Shown piece after piece: positions 9,289 to 16,451 of a DNA stretch of 32,000 bases. Within the stretch, counting starts at the first letter, position 1, and each line of letters begins with the position of its first letter. Both the position numbers and the translations under genes were made by a program. Source of the stretch: Desulfocapsa sulfexigens DSM 10523 (lineage in GTDB: Bacteria > Desulfobacterota > Desulfobulbia > Desulfobulbales > Desulfocapsaceae); assembly GCF_000341395.1 (NCBI RefSeq), contig NC_020304.1, positions 3,120,001 to 3,152,000 on the forward strand, written 5' to 3'. Under the pieces are notes generated by a model. It saw nothing but the letters and a program-made list of their open reading frames with translations, was not told the origin of the DNA and made no database searches.

Positions 9289-10548
9289 ATGACTACCCTT
9301 GAAAATGACATCTGCGATATCGCCAGACGTGCAAGAGTTGCCGCTCGATCTCTCGTTTCACTATCAACTGAATCGAAGAATAATGTTCTTCGTCTAATGG
9401 CGGAAGCCATAGATGAACAACGTGATTTTATCCAGGATGAAAATCAGAAGGATCTTGTTGCTGGTAAAGGAAAGGGCCTATCCAGTGCTATGCTTGATCG
9501 TCTTGAATTGTCGGACAGCGTTATTGCATCCATGAGAAATGGCCTGGCAGAGGTTGCAGCTCTTCCAGATCCTGTTGGGGAAATATCAAAAATGACCAAA
9601 CGTCCCAACGGATTGATGGTCGGTCGTATGCGTATCCCCTTAGGGGTTATTGGAATGATTTACGAATCGCGTCCTAATGTTACCGTTGATGCAGCAGCCC
9701 TCTGTTTAAAGGCCGGTAATGCCATCATTCTGCGCGGCGGATCTGAAGCCATACATTCCAACAGGGCATTGGCCTCAGTGTTACAAGGTGTCCTTGAAAG
9801 CCAGGAAATAGCTGCAGATGCCATTCAGGTTATTCCCGTTACCGACCGTAAGGCTGTGAATGTTTTGCTTAATCAGGAAGAATATATTGATCTCATAATT
9901 CCTCGTGGAGGAGAGGGGCTCATACGCTTCGTTTCAGAAAACTCACGCATTCCAGTTCTCAAACATTATAAAGGTGTCTGCCACATCTATGTTGATGCAG
10001 ATGCTGATCTTCAAAAGGCAACACCGGTAATTGTTAATTCAAAAGCACAAAGACCTGGAGTCTGTAATGCCCTTGAGGGGTTGCTCATCCACAGGGATAT
10101 CGCAGAAACATATCTTCCCGTCTTGGCAGCAGAACTCAAAGAGCATAATGTGAAGATGCTTGGATGTAAGAAGTCGGTGATGATTGCTCCCGAGATTACA
10201 CCTGCAATGGAAAGTGATTGGGGAACTGAATTTTTAAATCTCACGCTCTGTGTGAAAGTGGTTGCCAATATGGAAGAGGCATTTTCCTATATCGATCGAT
10301 ATGGGTCACAGCATACAGAGATTATTCTCACAGAAAACTATTCAAATGCGAGTAGGTTTGTTGCTGAGGTTGACGCTTCAGCCGTAATGGTAAATGCCTC
10401 TACCCGATTCAATGATGGCGGTGAACTTGGATTAGGTACAGAAATTGGAATTAGTACCACTAAGTTACATGCTTATGGTCCTATGGGATTAGAAGAGTTA
10501 ACAACAAGAAAGTTTGTAGTATATGGCCAGGGCCAGGTCAGGCAGTGA
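9289..10548 (+). CDS. proA: gamma-glutamyl phosphate reductase
   Basis: 419 aa. It contains PLGVIGMIYESRPNVTVDAAALCLKAGNAIILRGG, CNALEGLLIH, GSQHTEIILT and ASTRFNDGGELGLG. Confidence 0.93.
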   Translation: MTTLENDICDIARRARVAARSLVSLSTESKNNVLRLMAEAIDEQRDFIQDENQKDLVAGKGKGLSSAMLDRLELSDSVIASMRNGLAEVAALPDPVGEISKMTKRPNGLMVGRMRIPLGVIGMIYESRPNVTVDAAALCLKAGNAIILRGGSEAIHSNRALASVLQGVLESQEIAADAIQVIPVTDRKAVNVLLNQEEYIDLIIPRGGEGLIRFVSENSRIPVLKHYKGVCHIYVDADADLQKATPVIVNSKAQRPGVCNALEGLLIHRDIAETYLPVLAAELKEHNVKMLGCKKSVMIAPEITPAMESDWGTEFLNLTLCVKVVANMEEAFSYIDRYGSQHTEIILTENYSNASRFVAEVDASAVMVNASTRFNDGGELGLGTEIGISTTKLHAYGPMGLEELTTRKFVVYGQGQVRQ

Positions 10549-11189
10549 TTCATCGAACAGGAATTCTTGGCGGTACCTTTGATCCCGTCCATAATGGTCA
10601 CCTGGCACTTGCTGCCGCCGCCGGGAATGTATGTGATCTCTCGGAGGTTGTTCTTTTACCAGCGGCAGTCCCGCCTCACAAAGCAACTAAGGACATTACA
10701 AAATTTTCACATCGAGCAGCCATGCTGACCCTGGCGGTCAGGGATAACCCGCTTTTTTATGTGTCTACTATTGAGGAACTGTTACCCTCACCTTCCTATA
10801 CCATTGACACACTGCAGTATTTAAGAATTCACTCCGCCGGGGCAAGCCAATTTTATTTTATTACAGGTGCCGATGCATTTCTTGATATCCTTTCCTGGCA
10901 CAAATACGAAGACGTGCTCATGGCTAGCCATTTTATCGTTTTTTCGAGAAATGGTTGTAAAAACAAAAAACTGAACAAACTGTTGCTCTTTCTGAATTAC
11001 AAAAAACAAACCAATAACTGGTGGTATAATCAAAAATCCAGAAAGTCAATATATACATCAACCATTGCCCTCCCCACGGTTTCATCCTCTGAAGTTCGAA
11101 AACGGATTTCCAGTGGAAAAGGTGTGGATTCTCTGGTTCCTGAAGAGGTTGCCAGATATATAAGAGACCATGGACTCTATAAAGCCTGA
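10545..11189 (+). CDS. nadD: nicotinate-nucleotide adenylyltransferase
   Basis: 214 aa. It contains GILGGTFDPVHNGHL and SSSEVRKRI. The GTG start overlaps the proA stop (GTGA). Confidence 0.88.
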   Translation: MIHRTGILGGTFDPVHNGHLALAAAAGNVCDLSEVVLLPAAVPPHKATKDITKFSHRAAMLTLAVRDNPLFYVSTIEELLPSPSYTIDTLQYLRIHSAGASQFYFITGADAFLDILSWHKYEDVLMASHFIVFSRNGCKNKKLNKLLLFLNYKKQTNNWWYNQKSRKSIYTSTIALPTVSSSEVRKRISSGKGVDSLVPEEVARYIRDHGLYKA

Positions 11190-11258
11190 TCAACTTGAGG
11201 TGTATCACATGGTGGGGGTGTGAAAGGGTGATAAAAAAAGTTTCTGCTGCAGAAAAGG

Positions 11259-11289
11259 TTGACTTGTTCGCTCTGCTTGATGCTATAAT
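11259..11289 (+). promoter_or_regulatory. possible extended -10 promoter upstream of the CheB-like gene
   Basis: TTGACT (11259-11264), a 19-nt spacer and TGcTATAAT (11281-11289). The spacer is longer than optimal. Confidence 0.35.
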
Positions 11290-11358
11290 AACAAAATCAC
11301 ATACGGATACCGCAGTTTAAATAGTATATTTTTCAATTCTGTAATAAAAAAACATGTT

Positions 11359-12567
11359 ATGAGCACGAGTGAACATCTCCAAAATCCTGTTAAAGTTCTT
11401 ATTGTAGACGATTCTTGGGTTCTACGCAGAGTGCTGCGTGGTACCCTCGCCAAGAGAGATGATGTCTCCGTAGCAGGTGAAGCAACAAACGGAATAGAGG
11501 CTTTGGAGATGATACTGAAACTTCAACCGGATGTGATCCTTCTGGACATGGAAATGCCGGTTATGGATGGGATGACCACTCTGCAGCATTTGATGATCCA
11601 CACGCCAACACCGACTATAATGCTTTCTTCTCTGAGTAAAAAAGGGACTGCCCGTTGTTTTGATGCTTTGAAGTATGGTGCAGTAGATTTTGTATCAAAG
11701 AATAGTTTTTTTCAGGGAATGGATAGCACTGCTCACTCAAAACTTGTACTAAATAAAATATTTGCTGCTGCTAAAACCTCCGTCCAGTCTATTGACCCAA
11801 TGCACCAGAAAGATGAGTCCGGTGTAGTAGGAAAGCTCCGTGAAAAAGTTGTTTTCTGTGAGGATTGTGGAACCAGGCAGAGCGTGAAGGCCTGGCCGCT
11901 CAATGACGATGTTATTAAATGCCAGAAATGTGGCGATGATATACCAGTTCTTATGAATAAACGTTATCGACGGATGAACTTTATCACAGTAATTGGTGCA
12001 GGAGAGGGTGGCTACGCCAACCTTCTCAAGATGATTCCGGCCCTGAGTCCAGAGATGGGCGGGGCAATCTGTGTTATGGTTCTGGATGACCGCAATCGCG
12101 TTCAGTCATTTGTTAAATATCTTGATGCAATCAGTGATTTTGACGTCTTACTTGGAAAAAATGGTACTACCCTTGAAGGTGGGTGCTGCTACCTTTTTTC
12201 AGGGGCTGAACAGGTGCTCCTGTCACCTTATTCCGGGAATTATAGCTTTAAGATCCAGCCAACTGCTAACACCGATTCCTCTGCAAGAATAGATGAATTA
12301 ATGGCCTCCGCAGGGACCCTGTTGAAAGATCGTGTAGCCGGTGTTTTGCTCTCCGGGGAGGAATCCGATGGAAGTAGGGGGATTGAAAAGATTCTCGCCG
12401 AGGGAGGGAATTGTTTTGTTTTGAATCCAGATCACTGTTTTCATAAAACTATGACCAGTGGTCCCTTTGTGCGATTCAATCTTCAAGGGGGGCTTAATGA
12501 GACCCTGCTTGCGGCTAAAATCCAGGAATGTCATTTCGCAAAAAAAGAAAACGTTATTACCGCCTGA
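11359..12567 (+). CDS. CheY-like receiver + CxxC..CxxC zinc ribbon + CheB-methylesterase-like domain with apparently degenerate active site
   Basis: 402 aa. The receiver reads KVLIVDDSWVLRR...PDVILLDMEMPVMDG...DFVSK, as in the CheB N-domain. The Zn ribbon is FCEDCGT...KCQKCGD (C167, C170, C188, C191). The C-domain is collinear with CheB, but GASTGG becomes GAGEGG, QHMP becomes VLDD, and TGMGxDG becomes SGEESDG. Confidence 0.7.
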   Translation: MSTSEHLQNPVKVLIVDDSWVLRRVLRGTLAKRDDVSVAGEATNGIEALEMILKLQPDVILLDMEMPVMDGMTTLQHLMIHTPTPTIMLSSLSKKGTARCFDALKYGAVDFVSKNSFFQGMDSTAHSKLVLNKIFAAAKTSVQSIDPMHQKDESGVVGKLREKVVFCEDCGTRQSVKAWPLNDDVIKCQKCGDDIPVLMNKRYRRMNFITVIGAGEGGYANLLKMIPALSPEMGGAICVMVLDDRNRVQSFVKYLDAISDFDVLLGKNGTTLEGGCCYLFSGAEQVLLSPYSGNYSFKIQPTANTDSSARIDELMASAGTLLKDRVAGVLLSGEESDGSRGIEKILAEGGNCFVLNPDHCFHKTMTSGPFVRFNLQGGLNETLLAAKIQECHFAKKENVITA

Positions 12568-12600
12568 ATTTTAATTCCCTTCTTTAAAAGGATTGTTTCT

Positions 12601-12993
12601 ATGGAGAAAGTTGATCCAGTCGAAAGACGTGCTTATTGCCGTGTGTCCATTGATATGGACATTGAAGTGTGTCACATTCAGGATGAGGGACAATCTTTCG
12701 ATCTTTCCGTTATTTTATGTCGCGGAAGAGATGTAAGTGGCGGTGGGATTTCATTTTACGGTCACATTCGATATACGAATGAGAGTCTCCTACGTCTTCA
12801 GATTCCCCTTTCAACTAAAGAAAGTACCTCCCGGACAGATGGCGTAAGACTTCTTAAAGTGTTGGGAAAGGTTATGTGGTGCAAGAAGAACATTGATACA
12901 AACAGCTATGTTACAGGTGTACAGTTTTTAAATATTTATGAACAGGATTTTAAGATACTGGTTGATTATGTTCATGGCTGTCTAAGTGTTTAA
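12601..12993 (+). CDS. PilZ domain protein (c-di-GMP receptor type)
   Basis: 130 aa. RxxxR is present as RAYCR (R10-R14), and D/NxSxxG as DVSGGG (D44-G49). It lies 33 nt downstream of the CheB-like gene. Confidence 0.75.
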   Translation: MEKVDPVERRAYCRVSIDMDIEVCHIQDEGQSFDLSVILCRGRDVSGGGISFYGHIRYTNESLLRLQIPLSTKESTSRTDGVRLLKVLGKVMWCKKNIDTNSYVTGVQFLNIYEQDFKILVDYVHGCLSV

Positions 12994-13011
12994 ATGTAAT
13001 AAAATAGATAG

Positions 13012-14616
13012 TTAGGCAATGTGAAGTAACTCCTTAATACATCCTGGTATTGCGTCTCCAAGCTCAGAAGCTGTATAGCCAAATCCACTCTGCCTATAGA
13101 GGAGATCTCCGGCCATTCCATGGAGAAACACTCCAGCGGCAGCAGCTCTTTCAACGTCCAGGTTTTGACAGAGCAATGCGCCAATTATACCAGTTAGCAC
13201 ATCTCCCATACCTCCGGTAGCCATTCCGGGGTTTCCGCTGGTGTTGATATAGGTGAGGCCTGCTGAAGAGGTGACAATGGTTCCGGCACCTTTTAAAATC
13301 ATAATACAATCTTTACGGCCCATGCTGTAAATTCTGCACGCCTCCCTTGCTGCCTTTACACGATTTTCTCTGACGGTATCAGTTGAACCGCCAAGAAGTC
13401 TTGCCATTTCTCCTGGATGTGGCGAGAAAATTCTAGGCCCTGCAGGAACAGGAAGTTTTTTACGATTCTTAGCTAGAATGTTCAAGGCATCAGCATCGAT
13501 TACCATGGGTAAGGTGAGTGTTTCGTAAAGATTCAGTACAAGTTCAGTTGTGGTTGACTCGGTACCGATTCCAGGACCTATAATCAAAGCATTTTTTTCC
13601 TCGATGTGCTGTTTGATATGTTCAAGGTCTTGCATGGAGGGTACTGTTGTGGATTTCGGCAGGGGAATGGTCATTGCTTCAACAAGGAGTGTTTCGTAGA
13701 CAGAATTCAAATCCGTCGGGCTGAAAAGACTGACCAGCCCGCTTCCTGTACGAAGTGCCCCCTTAACAGCAAGTACAGCAGCACCCGTCTTTCCTATGGA
13801 TCCAGCAAGAACCACAAGATGTCCATGAGTGCCTTTATGGGCATTGTCCACCCTTTTTAGAGATGAGACCATGGCTGCGGCAGATCTTTTATCGAGAAGC
13901 TCAGTAGTGATTTTGGCACGTTGCATAGCCTCTGGAGGAATGCCAATGTCAATAACAGAAATTTTTGCGGCAAACTCGGGGCCGTTGTGAAGGATATGGC
14001 CTGGTTTCGGGCAGCCATAGGTTGCAGTATAACTTGCACGAACACAGGTTCCAAGAACCTTGCCGTTGTCGGAATCCATTCCGGATGGGATATCTACGGC
14101 GATAACGGGAATACCACGCACTGCATCAGAATGATTGATAAAACGTATAGTTTCCGCGAACTGTTTTGTGACTACACGTGCCAGTCCGGTGCCAAAGATG
14201 GCGTCTACTATTGCATAACAGGGGGTACCCTGATTCATAAATTGTTTGTAAAGAACCGGGAGCGTTTGAGCTCTGCTGATAGTGTCAATCACATGAAAGG
14301 GGAGCCGTAATTTGCGAACTATGGCCATATTGGCTGCAGCATCACCGGTTAGTTGATCGGGATCGACAAGAAAAAAGAAAATGGGCTTGCAGCCTCTCTG
14401 GTGAAGGTGTCTGCCAATAACGAGGCCATCTCCACCATTATTTCCAGGACCTACAAAAATGAGAGCGAATGAGCTGGAGGGAGAACCGAGTTCTTTTTCC
14501 ATCATCTGGACAGTCCCTAATCCTGCATTCTCCATCAGGACGATACCGGGAATGTGGTAGTCGTTTATTGCACTTTGGTCGAGGCCACGCATTTCTGCGG
14601 CATTGGGTAACTTCAT
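13012..14616 (-). CDS. nnr: bifunctional NAD(P)H-hydrate repair enzyme (epimerase / ADP-dependent dehydratase), YjeF family
   Basis: 534 aa. The N-terminal YjeF_N region reads MRGLDQSAI...LMENAG...GPGNNGGDGLV. The C-terminal carbohydrate-kinase-like region reads KGTHGHLVVLAGS...GNPGMATGGMGDVLTG. Confidence 0.9.
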   Translation of the reverse strand: MKLPNAAEMRGLDQSAINDYHIPGIVLMENAGLGTVQMMEKELGSPSSSFALIFVGPGNNGGDGLVIGRHLHQRGCKPIFFFLVDPDQLTGDAAANMAIVRKLRLPFHVIDTISRAQTLPVLYKQFMNQGTPCYAIVDAIFGTGLARVVTKQFAETIRFINHSDAVRGIPVIAVDIPSGMDSDNGKVLGTCVRASYTATYGCPKPGHILHNGPEFAAKISVIDIGIPPEAMQRAKITTELLDKRSAAAMVSSLKRVDNAHKGTHGHLVVLAGSIGKTGAAVLAVKGALRTGSGLVSLFSPTDLNSVYETLLVEAMTIPLPKSTTVPSMQDLEHIKQHIEEKNALIIGPGIGTESTTTELVLNLYETLTLPMVIDADALNILAKNRKKLPVPAGPRIFSPHPGEMARLLGGSTDTVRENRVKAAREACRIYSMGRKDCIMILKGAGTIVTSSAGLTYINTSGNPGMATGGMGDVLTGIIGALLCQNLDVERAAAAGVFLHGMAGDLLYRQSGFGYTASELGDAIPGCIKELLHIA

Positions 14617-14642
14617 TGCTGTTCCCTTGCAGAGGAAAAAGG

Positions 14643-14975
14643 TCAGGCAAGACCTTTTAAAAAGCCGATTATTGTGTCCGAGAGTTGCTGAGGGTCTGAC
14701 TCAGAATGTTTTATGATACCAAGGTAGTACCGGCCAAGAGAGAAAACGAGAATATTGTCGCCGGAGGCTCTTTCCACACAGCAATAGATATATCTTCGTC
14801 CTTCCAGGTCATCACTGAGAGAATCACAAAGTTTACCGCTTGTGACAATAGCAGATGAGAGGGCAACAGCTTCTTCGTAGTTTTCACTAACAACGTATCC
14901 GTCATTACGAACAAGGATGTACTTGGAAACGCCTTCAATGTCACCGAGTCTTGAAAAATCTTTTGCAGTGGCCAT
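14643..14975 (-). CDS. Roadblock/LC7 (MglB-like) single-domain protein
   Basis: 110 aa. The pattern GDIEGVSKYILVRNDGYVVSEN...SGDNILVFSLGRYYLGIIKH fits the Roadblock alpha-beta-alpha fold signature. The ATG lies 2 nt after the upstream stop codon. Confidence 0.55.
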   Translation of the reverse strand: MATAKDFSRLGDIEGVSKYILVRNDGYVVSENYEEAVALSSAIVTSGKLCDSLSDDLEGRRYIYCCVERASGDNILVFSLGRYYLGIIKHSESDPQQLSDTIIGFLKGLA

Positions 14976-14977
14976 AT

Positions 14978-15637
14978 TTATTCCTCTTTTTTACTTTGAA
15001 GGCTGTTTAAAAACTCGTTTCGATCATCCTCGTCGTCAATCTCTTCTTGTATCATGGAAATAAGTTCAGGAAGATTTTCGAGCGATGGGGTATTGTTTGA
15101 TGCCCATATCTCCACAGAATCATTGAAGACAAGCTCAGCAACAGGACCTATATAGTGGGCAAGTTGTGAATGAATATTCTCCAGAGGAAGTCGCAACTCA
15201 GACTCCTCGGAAAGAAGAATAGCCATTATATTGTCATTTGTCTGGGGATTCTCTGTGGCTTCCTGTGGTTCTGCAGAAATTTCAGCTTCAGGAGATTCCT
15301 CAGTCTGTATGTTCAGTGCCATTTGCACCGTCATTTTGATCATACCAGGGGAAAGTGAAGGCTGATGAAGCAGGAACAACCAATGTCCTTCTTGTATCAT
15401 GGTACCAAAAAGAATCATATCTCTAAAACAAACCCTGATACCTCCGGTATCATGAAAATGAACAGACATCATGGAGATAATTTTGGTCAACTTAAGGCTG
15501 ATTTGCTGCAATGACTCATCTTTTACAACACCACCAGTCTGGTTGGAATAAATTCCTCTATCAGGTGCATAAAGAAATCCCCCAGTAACTTCTGGAAGAC
15601 TGGCTATAATGTCAGCGAGCTTTGAATCGTATTCCAC
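14978..15637 (-). CDS. Roadblock/LC7-like N-domain + acidic linker + uncharacterised C-terminal helical domain
   Basis: 219 aa. It has a GTG start with the RBS GGAGA 7 nt upstream. The N-domain reads LPEVTGGFLYAPDRGIYSN...GGIRVCFRDMILFGTMIQEGHWLFLLH. The linker is TEESPEAEISAEPQEATENPQT. The C-domain reads LAHYIGPVAELVFNDSVEIW and is followed by an acidic tail. Confidence 0.5.
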   Translation of the reverse strand: MEYDSKLADIIASLPEVTGGFLYAPDRGIYSNQTGGVVKDESLQQISLKLTKIISMMSVHFHDTGGIRVCFRDMILFGTMIQEGHWLFLLHQPSLSPGMIKMTVQMALNIQTEESPEAEISAEPQEATENPQTNDNIMAILLSEESELRLPLENIHSQLAHYIGPVAELVFNDSVEIWASNNTPSLENLPELISMIQEEIDDEDDRNEFLNSLQSKKEE

Positions 15638-15715
15638 TGTATAATCTCCACGGCAATGTTTAAATTATCCGAAGTATGGACGAATAGATGGATATGCGAA
15701 AGCAGTATGAAAACT

Positions 15716-15743
15716 TTGCATAATATTTATTAGATTCTATAAT
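15716..15743 (+). promoter_or_regulatory. sigma70-like promoter for the uORF / DUF166-like gene
   Basis: TTGCAT (15716-15721), a 16-nt spacer and TATAAT (15738-15743). Confidence 0.45.
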
Positions 15744-15774
15744 GGAGAAATTTACCTGTCAAGGTGAAATAATT

Positions 15775-15843
15775 ATGGAATCAACAGCTTGCGCAGGGTT
15801 CTTATTTTTTTGGTATTGGTTTAAGGGGAGTGATGAGAAATGA
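15775..15843 (+). CDS. possible 22-codon upstream ORF / leader peptide (MESTACAGFLFFWYWFKGSDEK)
   Basis: The ATG at 15775 is preceded by AAGGTGA at a 7-nt spacing. Its TGA (15841-15843) overlaps the ATG (15840-15842) of the next gene as ATGA. The ORF is too short for the ORF track, and it could have arisen by chance. Confidence 0.3.
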   Translation: MESTACAGFLFFWYWFKGSDEK

Positions 15844-16451
15844 ACATTCTTGTTTTTCAACAGCATGGCTCAGGCGAACATAAAATTGAAGGCGTGTTGC
15901 ATTATGGCAAAGATATAAAGATAAACAGGATTATTACTATAGACACTCATTTACCTGAATTTATCGAAGATCCAGAGGATTGGATCGAAAGTGATTTTAG
16001 TGCTGATCTTGTCCTGAATTTCCTGAAACATCCTGATCTGGTTGACTATCTTATCCGTCTTTGTGAACAGAAAAGTATTCCAGTGGTATCCGCCGGCCAA
16101 AAAGGTGGTGGGTTCACTCCTTTTACCTGCTGTGGTCTCGGGAGAAATGAAAGGCTTGGAAGTTACGGGGATACCTTCGGATTACCTGAGTATAAGGTGA
16201 TTCTTGAGGGTGAGATTATTAGGGATATTGAGGTGATACGTGGCGCTCCCTGTGGAGCAACCTGGGATGCATTGCAGGAATACGTTGGTTGTCGTGTTGA
16301 TGACGTTCTCATCAGGTTGCCACGGCAGGTGCAATATTTCTGTTCGGCAGATCCCAGTGGTTTTGATCCGGTAAGTGGTAAGAGTCCTGTCCATTTTGCC
16401 GGATATGTTCACATTGCGGCACTGAAGAAGGCTATTGAAGAGGCTGGTTAA
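15840..16451 (+). CDS. Cys-rich conserved hypothetical protein, probably DUF166 family
   Basis: 203 aa. Cysteine motifs are FTCCGLG, GAPCGATWD and YFCSADPSG. It has the RBS AAGGGGAG. The DUF166 assignment is recalled from memory of family features and is not verified. Confidence 0.45.
   Translation: MNILVFQQHGSGEHKIEGVLHYGKDIKINRIITIDTHLPEFIEDPEDWIESDFSADLVLNFLKHPDLVDYLIRLCEQKSIPVVSAGQKGGGFTPFTCCGLGRNERLGSYGDTFGLPEYKVILEGEIIRDIEVIRGAPCGATWDALQEYVGCRVDDVLIRLPRQVQYFCSADPSGFDPVSGKSPVHFAGYVHIAALKKAIEEAG

Noticed and set aside
8152-10268. Several 85-109-aa ORFs on the opposite strand or in alternative frames within proB and proA (for example 8152-8481, 8505-8831 and 10011-10268).
   Set aside because: All are embedded in well-supported proB and proA frames and lack RBSs and motifs.
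16448-16451. 4-nt overlap of the convergent stop codons of the DUF166-like gene and the Lpt permease (TTAA), with no terminator between them.
   Set aside because: It is real in the sequence, but convergent stop-codon overlaps are common in compact genomes. On its own it does not indicate a special mechanism.
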